Source: Prochlorococcus sp. AG-459-M13
GTDB lineage: Bacteria; Cyanobacteriota; Cyanobacteriia; PCC-6307; Cyanobiaceae
NCBI GenBank assembly: GCA_003212005.1
Contig: QCRE01000002.1
Coordinates: 8,790-72,789, forward strand
Reading direction: 5' to 3'
Length of the DNA stretch: 64,000 nt
Part shown: piece after piece, positions 10,817-33,052 of the stretch
Layout: every line of letters starts with the position of its first letter
Position numbering within the stretch: the first letter of the stretch is position 1
Notes under the pieces: generated by a model
Database searches by the model: none
Told to the model about the DNA's origin: nothing
Seen by the model: the letters and a program-made list of their open reading frames with translations, nothing else
Made by a program: the position numbers and the translations under genes

Positions 10817-11469
10817 GCACCATAAAAAATCAATTCCAATTTGTCATATGTGGAACAGATACTGATATCGGAAAAACATTAATTAGTTCTTTTTTTGTAA
10901 GGGGATTAAATTCTTTTTACTGGAAGCCCATTCAAAGTGGAATTGAATCAGAGACTGATAGTCAAGCTGTTTTAAGACTTACAAAAGTTAACAAAGCAAA
11001 GATAATCAATGAAGCATATATCTTTAGAGAACCTGTTTCGCCTCATTGGGCAGCAGAAATAGATCAAAAAGTTATAAACTTTAATTTATTGAATTTACCA
11101 AATGTTGATGGTTCTTTAATTGTAGAAACTGCAGGGGGCTTAATGGTTCCAATTACAAGAAATTATTTGCAAATAGATCAAATTAAACAATGGGGAATTC
11201 CTGTGATACTTGTATGTAAGAGTGGACTAGGTACACTTAATCATACTTTTCTTAGTATTGAGGCATTAAAAAAAAGAAATATTCAAATTCTAGGTCTAGT
11301 AATTAATGGGGAAAAACACCTAGATAATCCAAGAATATTAACTGAATTTAGTGGGCTCCCAATCATTGCTGAATTTCCTTATATCCAAAAAATTGACTCT
11401 AAAAATTTAGATATACTATGGGAAGAGCAAAATATTAAAAAAAAATTGACCTCTTTATTTGATTTTTAA
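10780..11469 (+). CDS. bioD: dethiobiotin synthase (ATG at 10813, overlapping the bioC stop, is the likelier start)
   Basis: GTDTDIGKT, WKPIQSG, SPH, VETAGGL, LGTLNHT. Confidence 0.95.
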   Translation: MGNRNSNFKKIMSTIKNQFQFVICGTDTDIGKTLISSFFVRGLNSFYWKPIQSGIESETDSQAVLRLTKVNKAKIINEAYIFREPVSPHWAAEIDQKVINFNLLNLPNVDGSLIVETAGGLMVPITRNYLQIDQIKQWGIPVILVCKSGLGTLNHTFLSIEALKKRNIQILGLVINGEKHLDNPRILTEFSGLPIIAEFPYIQKIDSKNLDILWEEQNIKKKLTSLFDF

Positions 11470-11486
11470 AAAATAGATGAAATTTC

Positions 11487-12779
11487 ATGGTTTTAAAAAA
11501 AAATAATCAAGATTGGCACCCTAATATATGGCCGCCTTTTACACAGATTACAAATAGTAACCCTCAAATAGAAGTTACTCATGGGAAAAATGCTTTAATT
11601 TATACTAAAAATCCTCAACAAGAACTTATTGATGGAATAAGCAGTTGGTGGGTTACTTTGCATGGACATAGTAACGATTACATAGCGAATGCTATTTCTC
11701 ATCAAGCCAAGACCCTTGAACAGGTAATTTTCGCTGACTTCTTACATCCACAGGCGCAAATATTATCAGAGAGACTTAGTAAATTAACGCAATTAGAAAG
11801 ACTATTTTTTTCTGATAATGGATCAACTGCTGTAGAAGTAGCTTTAAAAATTGCCTATCAATCTTGGCAAAATCAAGGTGAATTAAGAAACCAAATAATT
11901 GCTTTTGATGGAGCTTATCATGGTGATACATTTGGAGCAATGGCTTTAGGAGAACGGAATATTTTCAATGAAAATTTTGACAATCTAATGTTCCCTGTCA
12001 AAAGAGTCCCATGGCCTTCAACCTGGATAAATGATGATGAGGTTCAAATAAAAGAAAATAAAGCAATCAAGATATTAACTAACTTTCTTAAAAAGCCAAC
12101 AGTAGCTGTAATACTTGAACCATTAGTTCAGGGAGCAGGAGGAATGAATATGGTAAGGCCTGAATTTATTGAAAAAGTTTCAGAAATAGTAAAAAATAAT
12201 AATTCTTTATTAATAGCTGATGAAGTATTAACTGGATTTGGGAGATGTGGAAGTCTCTTTGCATTTCAAAAGGCAAATATAATTCCTGATTTAATTTCTA
12301 TTTCAAAAGGTTTAACTGGAGGATTCCTTCCAATGGGAATAACATTAGCTAAAGAGAAAATTTTTCAAGCTTTTATAAGCGATTCTCCTAAAAAAACTTT
12401 TTGGCATGGTCATAGCTTTACTGCTAACCCGATAGGGTGTGCGGCAGCTAATGCAAGCCTTGACTTACTAGAAAATGATCCAATTAAATATCTTTCTTTG
12501 GAGGAGAAGCACATTTACCATTTAAAGAAAATTCGAAAGTTACCATTCGTAAAAAACATAAGGGTTACAGGAACAATCGCCGCATTTGATATTGAAATTG
12601 GTGATAGTGAAGGTTATTTAAACAATATTGGTAAAAGGATAAAATCCTTATCACTTAAAAAAGGTTTATTTATTAGACCATTGGGAAATGTAATCTATCT
12701 TTTACCCCCTCTTTGCATTACTGATGAACAATTAGAAAAAAGTTATAGAATTATCTTTGAAATTTTATGCAATTTATAA
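11487..12779 (+). CDS. bioA: adenosylmethionine-8-amino-7-oxononanoate aminotransferase
   Basis: WPPFTQ, SSWWVTLHGH, YHGDTFG, DEVLTGFGR, SKGLTGG, HGHSFTAN. Confidence 0.96.
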   Translation: MVLKKNNQDWHPNIWPPFTQITNSNPQIEVTHGKNALIYTKNPQQELIDGISSWWVTLHGHSNDYIANAISHQAKTLEQVIFADFLHPQAQILSERLSKLTQLERLFFSDNGSTAVEVALKIAYQSWQNQGELRNQIIAFDGAYHGDTFGAMALGERNIFNENFDNLMFPVKRVPWPSTWINDDEVQIKENKAIKILTNFLKKPTVAVILEPLVQGAGGMNMVRPEFIEKVSEIVKNNNSLLIADEVLTGFGRCGSLFAFQKANIIPDLISISKGLTGGFLPMGITLAKEKIFQAFISDSPKKTFWHGHSFTANPIGCAAANASLDLLENDPIKYLSLEEKHIYHLKKIRKLPFVKNIRVTGTIAAFDIEIGDSEGYLNNIGKRIKSLSLKKGLFIRPLGNVIYLLPPLCITDEQLEKSYRIIFEILCNL

Positions 12780-12788
12780 AATTTGTGA

Positions 12789-13046
12789 TTATGGTCCTTG
12801 CAAAATAGCATTTTCTATATCTTCTCTATTTATACAATAAGAGAATAGTCTTTTAGTTAATATACCGTCACTCTCCCAAACAACACTCAAATCTTCCTCT
12901 TCAAAACTAATAGTCGCATTCCAATTAGAAAGTAATAAATACCATTTAGATGGATTATCTATATCTTTAATTGCACCTAAAGCCTTTAACCATAATTCTA
13001 ATGATTGAAGTGAATGTTGATTAATTGGAGTATCAGATGGAAGCAC
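12789..13046 (-). CDS. conserved cyanobacterial protein, DUF3143-like
   Basis: LPS.TP..QHSL..LE.WL and C-terminal R.DIENAI..GP pattern. Confidence 0.75.
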   Translation of the reverse strand: MLPSDTPINQHSLQSLELWLKALGAIKDIDNPSKWYLLLSNWNATISFEEEDLSVVWESDGILTKRLFSYCINREDIENAILQGP

Positions 13047-13062
13047 AGAAGTTATCTATAAA

Positions 13063-13509
13063 TTATCTCAAAAGCCAAGTTGGAATTGATTCTATTTCTT
13101 TGCCAGTGAAAGAAGCGATTGCAATAGCTAACAACAAACTTACAAAAATAATAATAATTAACAAAAATAATGAAAAAATTTCTCCATTTGAAAATGGCCT
13201 CCTATTTGCAACTAAACTTTGATTACTAGCATCTATTATAAAATTATTTACGATATTTAATTTTTTTGAATTTAATTTTTTAGAATTTTCACGTATTTTT
13301 TCATCGTAAATTTTTCTTGAATTAGAATTACTTAAATTTTCATATGCCTCCAATACTTTTTGAAATTTATCTTTTGCATCTTTTAACTCTAAGGTAGTTG
13401 TATCAGGATGTAATTCTATAGAAAGTTTACAAAAAGCTTTTCTTAGTTCATGATTTGTAGCGTTTTCATTAACGCCTAAAATCTTATAATAAGTTATCTC
13501 GCCTTTCAA
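13063..13509 (-). CDS. J-domain protein with C-terminal membrane anchor
   Basis: YYKILGV...LHPD...AYE.L; hydrophobic C-terminal helix. Confidence 0.9.
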   Translation of the reverse strand: MKGEITYYKILGVNENATNHELRKAFCKLSIELHPDTTTLELKDAKDKFQKVLEAYENLSNSNSRKIYDEKIRENSKKLNSKKLNIVNNFIIDASNQSLVANRRPFSNGEIFSLFLLIIIIFVSLLLAIAIASFTGKEIESIPTWLLR

Positions 13510-13600
13510 AAAATTTATTAATCAGTAGAATCATTCTAATCAATTTTGACAAAATTGAATATTTTTTTCCCACCGGGAAGAAGTATCTAATTGAAACTCA

Positions 13601-14320
13601 ATGACAAAAGAAAAAATTCCTAAAAGACTTCTCAAATTAGTAACTGAAGAGGAAATTATGTTGTTTGAAGAATTACGCATAAAAATTAAGGAATTAAATT
13701 ATAAAACTAACTTAACGAGATTAATTGAAGGAGATGATTACTGGATTTCACAGGTCTATGACAGTCTTTGGACATTTAAAGAAAATTCAAACAAAAATTT
13801 TGATAACAAAAAATATATTGATATTGGATCAGGTTGTGGTTTCCCTGGATTTGCCTATGCGATAACACATCCTAATTCAGAAGTATATTTAGTGGATTCC
13901 TCTAAAAAAAAAACAGATTCACTAAAAGAAATTATCAAAAATATTAATTTCAAAAATAATATATTTGTGATAAATGATCGAATTGAAAACATTGGTCGAC
14001 AACCTTCATTTAGAAACAGCTTTCATATTGCTACAACAAGAGCTGTAAGTAATCCCGCAACAGTTTCAGAATACATATTGCCTATGTTGAAATCAAATGG
14101 ATTAGGTATTTTATATTGTGGGAAGTGGACCAATAAAGATAATAAAAATTTAGAAAATGCTATAAAGGTGTTAGAAGGAAAAATTGTAGAGGTTAAAAAT
14201 AATTTTCTTCCCAGAGGAAAAGGCATCCGTAATACTATTTTTATTGAGCCAAAAGCATTTTGTCCTGATATTTATCCAAGAAGCATTGGCAAGGCTGAAA
14301 AATATCCACTCAAAGGTTAA
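13601..14320 (+). CDS. rsmG: 16S rRNA m7G527 methyltransferase RsmG (GidB)
   Basis: NLTR, DIGSGCGFPG, DSSKKK, TTRAV, YPRSIG. Confidence 0.95.
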   Translation: MTKEKIPKRLLKLVTEEEIMLFEELRIKIKELNYKTNLTRLIEGDDYWISQVYDSLWTFKENSNKNFDNKKYIDIGSGCGFPGFAYAITHPNSEVYLVDSSKKKTDSLKEIIKNINFKNNIFVINDRIENIGRQPSFRNSFHIATTRAVSNPATVSEYILPMLKSNGLGILYCGKWTNKDNKNLENAIKVLEGKIVEVKNNFLPRGKGIRNTIFIEPKAFCPDIYPRSIGKAEKYPLKG

Positions 14321-15516
14321 TTACTGGATAATCTTGATAATGATTTACCCCCAAACTTTTCCTTAAGGACTCTTAATTTCTTTATAACCTTTTTCGGTGT
14401 TATATGATTCTCTAAAACTTTGAGTAATTGACTCTCACACACATCATCATCTAATGAATTTGCATTATTCCCAGGGAACCAATGTCCTCCATTACCAAGT
14501 AATTGGTATCTTGATTTTGCAAATTGTTCTAAATCAAAGGAATCTATCAAATTCGAGAGCCATATAAGAACAGGAATATTAATTCCTCCTGGCGTGTTTT
14601 GCCAGTTTGGCAAATTTTTATCCCAACCTTTATACCACTCATAACTTAATGATTTAATTGATTCCTCTTCTAATCTATTCAAGATTTTAGGAATATAATG
14701 TTCAGATTTTGGTAATAAGGAAACAGCTTCTAAATGTAAATCAAAGTCTTTCTCATTAGCTATCCCTACGCTTATTGTATGCACCTTTTTATTTCTTAAG
14801 CAAAACATATCGTTAAAAACTATTGGATGAAGAGGAGTACAAAGTTCCATTATTTTTGTTGACGGAGTATGAAGATGTCCACCTTTATCTGTAGGGCTGA
14901 TTATAAAAACTCCAAGATCATATTTATGAGCCAAATCTATTACTCTAGAATTTGTTTGATTAATAAAATACCAGTGTAAATTAATATAATCAAAGAGATT
15001 AGTTGATATTGCTTTTTCAATCAGAGATGATTCTCCATGAGTTGAAAATCCTACATGACCTATTAAATTTTCTTTTTGGAATTTTTTTAAAATATCAATA
15101 CATCCTTCATCTTTTACAGCTTGATAAAGATGTTCGGGTGTATTTATCCCATGTATTGCTAACAAATCAATTTTTTTTACTTGCAATTTTTCAAAGCTGT
15201 TCATAAGTTCAGCTTCGAATAATTTTGGATCATGATTAGGAGGGATTTTTGTTTGAATAATTTTTGGTATTTTTTTAGTACTTTTAAAACCCATCCCTAA
15301 CTGAATTTCAGAAGTCCCATAATACTTAGCCGTCTCTATGTGATTAAAACCAAATTTATTTGAAATATTCAATATATTTTCAACTTTTTTCTGCTCATTT
15401 CGTGAAATCTCAGAAAATTTCAATTCATCCCAACTTTTCTGAAATCTCATTCCTCCTAAAGATAAAACAGGCATTTTCAGATTTGTTCTACCAAATCTGC
15501 GATAAGGTAACTCCAT
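14317..15516 (-). CDS. aldo/keto reductase family protein
   Basis: YRRFGRT, LSLGGMR, HIETAKYYGTSE, GFSTHG. Confidence 0.88.
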   Translation of the reverse strand: MELPYRRFGRTNLKMPVLSLGGMRFQKSWDELKFSEISRNEQKKVENILNISNKFGFNHIETAKYYGTSEIQLGMGFKSTKKIPKIIQTKIPPNHDPKLFEAELMNSFEKLQVKKIDLLAIHGINTPEHLYQAVKDEGCIDILKKFQKENLIGHVGFSTHGESSLIEKAISTNLFDYINLHWYFINQTNSRVIDLAHKYDLGVFIISPTDKGGHLHTPSTKIMELCTPLHPIVFNDMFCLRNKKVHTISVGIANEKDFDLHLEAVSLLPKSEHYIPKILNRLEEESIKSLSYEWYKGWDKNLPNWQNTPGGINIPVLIWLSNLIDSFDLEQFAKSRYQLLGNGGHWFPGNNANSLDDDVCESQLLKVLENHITPKKVIKKLRVLKEKFGGKSLSRLSSN

Positions 15517-15522
15517 TGGAAA

Positions 15523-15888
15523 TTAATGCTTATTTATTCTCGGGAGTTTTCCTAATGATTGAAACATATCTCTATCAAGACTATTTTCAAGATCTTCTAA
15601 GTCTTCAAATTTAACCCAATGGATACAATCTACAGGACAGGTATCAATAGCTTCTTGCAACGTTTCAAAATTATCCCCATCTTGTCTCATAGCTCTACTT
15701 CTTCCATATTCTTCATCAACTATAAAAGTATTAGTTGCAACATGAGCACAATATCTACATCCAATACATCTACTTTCATCAACCCATACTGCTTTTTCAG
15801 TTAATTCTCCCCCTAAAACAGGATAAAAACCTAACAATTCTTTAGAGTCATCAAAATTATCGAAAACGTCTTCTGAATTAGTATCCAA
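15523..15888 (-). CDS. bacterial-type [4Fe-4S]/[3Fe-4S] ferredoxin (Fed7-like)
   Basis: VDESRCIGCRYC...GRSRA.RQDGD...AIDTCPVDCIHW. Confidence 0.9.
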   Translation of the reverse strand: MDTNSEDVFDNFDDSKELLGFYPVLGGELTEKAVWVDESRCIGCRYCAHVATNTFIVDEEYGRSRAMRQDGDNFETLQEAIDTCPVDCIHWVKFEDLEDLENSLDRDMFQSLGKLPRINKH

Positions 15889-15891
15889 TTA

Positions 15892-16284
15892 CTAACTTTC
15901 CCATCTAGTAAGAACTAACTCGATTGATCCATCATTTTTATTTTTTTGCTCAACTATTTGATATCCATCCTCTCCTGTTTTTGCGATAATTGTATGATAA
16001 GCATACATTTGGGTGATTTTTGATATAAACCTCTCAACTGGTAAATCATATTTCCAAAGATCGAGGTCAGTTACCAATTCGTAAGCATTAGAATTATTGT
16101 CCCATTTAAATCCAACTTTTGTATTTCTAGGCAAATCCATACTGATATCAACTGCTGTAAATTTTCCTTTGTAGCCTTTTACAAACTTTTTTTCATGATT
16201 AATTTCGTAACCAAAATGATTTAAGGCTTTGATTAGAGATTTCGACTCTTTAAGTTGAGTTTTTATAGTACTAAAATGGGACAT
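15892..16284 (-). CDS. ycf35: DUF1257 / Ycf35 family protein
   Basis: MSHFSTIKT, GF.W, YELVTDLDLW, Q.YAY, DGSIELV..RW. Confidence 0.85.
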   Translation of the reverse strand: MSHFSTIKTQLKESKSLIKALNHFGYEINHEKKFVKGYKGKFTAVDISMDLPRNTKVGFKWDNNSNAYELVTDLDLWKYDLPVERFISKITQMYAYHTIIAKTGEDGYQIVEQKNKNDGSIELVLTRWES

Positions 16285-16495
16285 TAGATTGATTGTTAAG
16301 TTGCTTTAATTTTTCACTTTGGTTAGAGATAAATGTCTCTGTAGTTTGTTTTTTGACTTTTACTTCACCAAGAGCTTGTTCAAGATTTTTTGTTGCATTA
16401 TTACATGCGTTACCATTAAATCCTTCAACAGTTTCCTCAACTCTTCCATCTTGATGAATTTTAAATCTTAATGTTCTCTGGGGCATTAAAATCAA
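16271..16495 (-). CDS. DUF2997 family protein
   Basis: F.I..DGRVEE.VEG..G..C...T..LEQALG pattern. Confidence 0.8.
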   Translation of the reverse strand: MILMPQRTLRFKIHQDGRVEETVEGFNGNACNNATKNLEQALGEVKVKKQTTETFISNQSEKLKQLNNQSNVPF

Positions 16496-16604
16496 GTACT
16501 AAGTACTAATACTTTATATAGAATAACGAAAAATTTTTGTTTCAGTTGGTACAAGTTAATTAATATAAATTTTTATATTTTGATTACATAATAAATTCAA
16601 AAAT

Positions 16605-17375
16605 CTATTTATAGAATCCTTTCATTCCCATTGAATCTAACGCCGTTTTCGCTTCTTCCATAACTGAAGGTTCTTTGTCAAAAAGAGCAATCCTTGTGCA
16701 TTCATCAACAAATCTCTCTTGAAATACATTATCTAATTTTTCATATAACCTGCATAAAGACCAAATACAATTACTTCTTACAACTGGTTCATTATCAATT
16801 TTTAAGCTTATTAAAAGTTGTTCAGCAGCTAATTGAGCATTTGATGATGAAATACTTCCAATTTCTGAAAGAGAACTCGATGACCATAATCTTACTGCAG
16901 CAACATCATTTTTTAATGAATTTATTAATGGCTTCAAAACAATTTGATTATCATAGTTAGCTAAACTCCAAGCAGTAGCTCTTCTTACATATGCATTGTC
17001 ATCAGTTTCTAATAAGCTAACTAATTTTTCAACTGCATTAGGAAATGGATTTCGACCTAATGCGTAAACTGCGCTCATTCTCTCAACCGGGCAAGGTTGA
17101 TCCAATAAAGGTAGTAAGAGATTGAAAGATCTGTTATCTCTATATTCACAAAAAACCCTCAAACCTTGTATTCTTTGCTCTCTATCCCCCTTTAGCAATT
17201 TTAATGCTTTATCACACTCTATATTTTTATTTAAAGTACTTTTTGAAAAACTATCTTGATCTATCTGTTCTAAAGGATCAATTTCAATTTCTTCAGATAA
17301 CTCTTTAGCTAAAACATCAGGGTCTATTGCTATTTCTGCTAAACTTTCATCCTGAATATTATCTCTCTTGGTCAT
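16605..17375 (-). CDS. HEAT-repeat (PBS lyase-like) protein
   Basis: Repeated VR..A.W.L / LL..L.D helical units. Confidence 0.85.
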   Translation of the reverse strand: MTKRDNIQDESLAEIAIDPDVLAKELSEEIEIDPLEQIDQDSFSKSTLNKNIECDKALKLLKGDREQRIQGLRVFCEYRDNRSFNLLLPLLDQPCPVERMSAVYALGRNPFPNAVEKLVSLLETDDNAYVRRATAWSLANYDNQIVLKPLINSLKNDVAAVRLWSSSSLSEIGSISSSNAQLAAEQLLISLKIDNEPVVRSNCIWSLCRLYEKLDNVFQERFVDECTRIALFDKEPSVMEEAKTALDSMGMKGFYK

Positions 17376-17393
17376 TTTTAAGGGAATTAAATA

Positions 17394-17519
17394 TTAATTG
17401 ATCGGAGCAGGTGACATCATATCTCCTGGCAACCAAATTCTCGCACTAACCGCAAAAAAAGCCATTCCGAAAAGACTTACAATTGCGAATGGTAAAAGTT
17501 TAGTTTTTATAAAACCCAA
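17394..17519 (-). CDS. 41-aa single-TM small protein, not in the ORF track
   Basis: TTG start, (M)GFIKTKLLPFAIVSLFGMAFFAVSARIWLPGDMMSPAPIN*; GC-richer than its flanks; co-oriented with neighbours. Confidence 0.75.
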   Translation of the reverse strand: MGFIKTKLLPFAIVSLFGMAFFAVSARIWLPGDMMSPAPIN

Positions 17520-17590
17520 TAATCCAAAAATTTAATTAATCCAATAATAACGTGTTTATGTTAAATTTTAAAAAAAGTTTTTAAATTTGG

Positions 17591-18649
<1,059 letters not shown>

Positions 18650-18666
18650 CTAGTTATTTAGGATTA

Positions 18667-18822
<156 letters not shown>

Positions 18823-18868
18823 TTAAAAATTTCTAAAATATTCTAATAAAAAGAAATCAGAATAGCTT

Positions 18869-28247
<9,379 letters not shown>

Positions 28248-28480
28248 CCAAGAAAACCCGCCATTCTGTAAATGTACTAAATTACTATAAATTTTTACTT
28301 AATTTAAAAAAAAATAAATAAGAATCTAGATTGAAATTTAAGATTTCAGTCTTGAATTCAAGAAATACCTAATTTACTAAAAGCCGAACTATCTAAAGAT
28401 TAAGGTACTTAAACCATGTTTTTAATAGATGTTCAGTAATAATTAAGAAAAATTTCCAGTAATTCTCAAATATAGCAGCT

Positions 28481-29281
28481 TTAGGGGCACTTTATCAAGT
28501 CAAACTTAAACAAATCTTCAGCATTTGCAGATGACTCTTCAGCGATATTTTTCAATTCGGAAGATCTTAAATTAGCTAAAGATTTGGCCACGGTTTCTAC
28601 AAAAGCTGGCTCATTTCTTTTACCTCTATAAGGAACCGGAGCTAAAAAAGGTGCGTCTGTCTCAATTAAATATCTATCGCTGGGAACAATTTTTGCGCAC
28701 TCATGAATTTCATATGCTTTTGGAAATGTAACTATCCCGCTAAAACTGATGTAGAATCCAAGATCCAAAAATTGCTTCATCTCATCTGGAGTTCCAGTCC
28801 AACAATGAAGAACACCTCTAGGACATTTACTTTGTTTAGATAAGTCACTACATATTTTAATCATCTCATTTGCAGCTTCTCTACAATGAATAATTACTGG
28901 CAAGTCAAGTTCAAAAGCTAAATGCATTTGCGGGACAAGTGCATCTAATTGTTTAGTTTTATTATCATTTTTAAAAAAATCTAACCCTAATTCCCCAATA
29001 GCAACAACTCTCGAGTCTCCTAAGGCTGCATTTTCTAAAATAGATTTAGAATTACATTCCCATTTATTGGCTTCAAGAGGATGTAATCCAACTGAATAAT
29101 ATAATTCTTCAAATTTTCGAGATATTTTTTTTAATTTAGGAATTTCTGATAATTCACAACAGGCATGCAGCAATTTTTTAACTCCTTTTTCACGCGATCT
29201 TGAAACAACTTCTTCAAGATCTTCCTCAAAATTTTCAAATATTAAATGACAATGAGAATCTATAAGCTCGATATCTCCCAT
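28481..29281 (-). CDS. tatD: TatD-family nuclease
   Basis: DSHCHL, GLHP, GELGLD, IHCR, HCW, ETDAPFLAP. Confidence 0.93.
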   Translation of the reverse strand: MGDIELIDSHCHLIFENFEEDLEEVVSRSREKGVKKLLHACCELSEIPKLKKISRKFEELYYSVGLHPLEANKWECNSKSILENAALGDSRVVAIGELGLDFFKNDNKTKQLDALVPQMHLAFELDLPVIIHCREAANEMIKICSDLSKQSKCPRGVLHCWTGTPDEMKQFLDLGFYISFSGIVTFPKAYEIHECAKIVPSDRYLIETDAPFLAPVPYRGKRNEPAFVETVAKSLANLRSSELKNIAEESSANAEDLFKFDLIKCP

Positions 29282-29297
29282 GATTTATTGAATTATT

Positions 29298-29591
29298 TTA
29301 TTTGGTAGTAAGAAAATTTTTAACTAATTTATTGATTCTTGACTTTTTGTTAGCGCCGTTATTCTTATGTAAAATATTTTTTTTGACTGCCTTATCAATA
29401 AGACTGAAAGCTTGATTAACACTTAATTGAACAAGATTTTTATTTTCTGAATTAGGTTCCTGCTTATATTTCTCGCAGTTAGCTAATGTTTTTTTTGTTA
29501 ATGTTTTAACTGTTGATTTATACGATTTATTAACTAAACGGTTTCTTTCAGCAACTTGAATTCTTTTTTTGGCTGATTTGTTATTTGCCAC
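29298..29591 (-). CDS. rpsT: 30S ribosomal protein S20
   Basis: ANNKSAKKRI...IDKAVKK..LHKN. Confidence 0.98.
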   Translation of the reverse strand: MANNKSAKKRIQVAERNRLVNKSYKSTVKTLTKKTLANCEKYKQEPNSENKNLVQLSVNQAFSLIDKAVKKNILHKNNGANKKSRINKLVKNFLTTK

Positions 29592-29716
29592 AGTAAATTA
29601 ATTTTATTATTTTTTATATCTTACCAAAGAGATAGTCTACTAATCAATAATATATAATTTAACTTAGATAAGTTAATAACGTATTAACTGATTGCATTTT
29701 AATAATTATTAAGACC

Positions 29717-31003
29717 ATGAAGATTATAAACAATAAACAAAATGCTATCCAAGAGTTGAAAAGAATATCTCAACGAACTAACTCAGAAGATAATAAAAAA
29801 ATAAATTCGATTGTTGAAGAAATTCTCCAAGAAGTAAAAAGTTGTGGAGATGCAGCAGTAGAAAAATATACAAAAAAATTTGATGGATTCCTTCCTAGAC
29901 CAATGCAAGTAAGCTCCAAAGATTTAAAAAATGCGTGGAATGAGACAGATCATCATCTAAAAAAATCATTAGAAATTGCACATCAAAGAATAAAAAAATT
30001 TCATGAAAAAGAAATCCCTAAATCCTTTACGATAAAAGGAGAATATGGTGAATCAGTTCAAAGGAGATGGATGCCAGTAAAAAGTGCAGGATTATATATT
30101 CCTGGAGGTAGAGCAGCATATCCAAGTACTGTTTTAATGAATGCAATACCCGCGAAGGTAGCAGGGGTTAATGAAATTTCAATAGTATCACCAGGTAATG
30201 CAGAAGGGATAATAAATAAAACTGTCTTAGCTGCTGCTTACTTATCAGGAATTGATAAAGTTTTTAGAATTGGAGGAGCACAAGCAATTGCAGCACTAGC
30301 TTTTGGCACAAATCAAATAAGTAAAGTTGACGTCATATCAGGTCCTGGAAATATTTATGTCACTACAGCTAAAAAGTTAATTTATGGTTTTACTGGAATT
30401 GATTCTTTAGCAGGTCCCAGTGAAATATTAATCATCGCAGACAGTACAGCGAATAGTTCACAAATAGCTTCAGATTTATTAGCTCAGGCTGAGCATGATC
30501 CATTAGCTTCCTCAATACTTTTGACTACTTCTAATGATCAAGCTCAAGAAGTTTTTGATGAAGTATTTAAAAAAATTGATGATCACCCCAGAAAAGAAAT
30601 TTGTATTGAATCAATTAAAAATTGGGGATTGATTGTTATTTGCGATAATTTAGAATCATGCACAGAACTAAGTAATGAGTTTGCGCCTGAACATCTTGAA
30701 ATTATTACTATTGATCCCAAAAAAACGCTTGGAGCAATTGAAAATGCAGGTGCGATATTTTTGGGGAAATGGACGCCTGAGGCTGTAGGAGATTATTTAG
30801 CAGGGCCTAATCACACTTTACCTACCTGCGGGAATGCAAGATTTAGTGGTTCATTGGGTGTTGAAACTTTCATGAAGAATTCATCAATAATTGAATTTAA
30901 TGAAAAAAGTCTCAAAATTAATAGTTCGGATATTATAAATTTAGCTAATAGTGAAGGTCTACATAGCCATGCTAAATCAGTGAAAATAAGATTTGAAGAT
31001 TAA
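29717..31003 (+). CDS. hisD: histidinol dehydrogenase
   Basis: [41 protein letters not shown]. Confidence 0.98.
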   Translation: MKIINNKQNAIQELKRISQRTNSEDNKKINSIVEEILQEVKSCGDAAVEKYTKKFDGFLPRPMQVSSKDLKNAWNETDHHLKKSLEIAHQRIKKFHEKEIPKSFTIKGEYGESVQRRWMPVKSAGLYIPGGRAAYPSTVLMNAIPAKVAGVNEISIVSPGNAEGIINKTVLAAAYLSGIDKVFRIGGAQAIAALAFGTNQISKVDVISGPGNIYVTTAKKLIYGFTGIDSLAGPSEILIIADSTANSSQIASDLLAQAEHDPLASSILLTTSNDQAQEVFDEVFKKIDDHPRKEICIESIKNWGLIVICDNLESCTELSNEFAPEHLEIITIDPKKTLGAIENAGAIFLGKWTPEAVGDYLAGPNHTLPTCGNARFSGSLGVETFMKNSSIIEFNEKSLKINSSDIINLANSEGLHSHAKSVKIRFED

Positions 31004-31713
31004 CTCGCCTTTGATGGACAATCTAGTATTGGAATATTATTTTCTATTTTACCAACCATAACCTTATCAGTTAAATCAACAAACAATCCATTTTCTAAAA
31101 CTCCAGGGATGTTATTAATTAAAATCTCTAACTCTTTTGGATCCTTTATTCCATCTTCAAATAAAACATCCAAAATTAAGTTGCCTTGGTCAGTAACAAT
31201 TGGGCCTGCTTTTTTTGTTGCCATTCTTAAAGTAGACTCTCCATTCATTTCTGAAATTTTATCCTTCACCTGTTTCCAAGCAGAAGGTAAAACCTCTACA
31301 GGCAGAGGAAAAACTAGATTTAACTTCTTCACCAGCTTCGTTTCATCAACAACAATTAATAATTTGTTAGCTTTTGAAGCAACCAATTTTTCTCGGACAT
31401 GGCAAGCTCCTCCACCCTTGATTAATTGAAATTTTGAATCCACTTCATCAGCCCCATCAATAGCTAAATCAATTTGAGAAACTGATGCTAAATCTATTAA
31501 TGGAATCTCAAGATCTATAGCAAGAACCTCAGACTGAAAAGAAGTGGGCACTCCTTTAATATTTTTTAATTTGCCAGATCTAATTTGATCAGCAAGACTT
31601 TTTATCATAAGTGCTGCGGTTGAACCAGACCCTAAGCCTATAATCATTCCATCCTCTATTTCCTTAACAGCTGCATCAGCAACTATTTGTTTCATCTGAG
31701 TCTGTAAATCCAA
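31000..31713 (-). CDS. rpiA: ribose-5-phosphate isomerase A
   Basis: GLGSGST, DGADEV, IKGGG, TDQGN. Confidence 0.97.
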   Translation of the reverse strand: MDLQTQMKQIVADAAVKEIEDGMIIGLGSGSTAALMIKSLADQIRSGKLKNIKGVPTSFQSEVLAIDLEIPLIDLASVSQIDLAIDGADEVDSKFQLIKGGGACHVREKLVASKANKLLIVVDETKLVKKLNLVFPLPVEVLPSAWKQVKDKISEMNGESTLRMATKKAGPIVTDQGNLILDVLFEDGIKDPKELEILINNIPGVLENGLFVDLTDKVMVGKIENNIPILDCPSKAS

Positions 31714-31761
31714 AATGTTTTTAACTTAAACTTTATAGATTATTAAATTTCAACAAATGAT

Positions 31762-32907
<1,146 letters not shown>

Positions 32908-33052
32908 TTACTTTGTTATTCAAATTTAATTGAATAAATTTCCTAGTGTTGTTTTTTTGTTTACATCAATAAATTACAAAAAAAAATTTTTAAAAGGTTT
33001 TATATATGTGAAAATAATAAATAACAAATGAAAAAGTATTTAATTAAGTAAA

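Noticed and set aside
14317-14700. Loss of a C-terminal Fe-S motif in the aldo/keto reductase as an iron-saving adaptation
   Set aside because: Cysteine clusters are absent, but this may simply be the Cys-less paralog family; it cannot be decided without a tree
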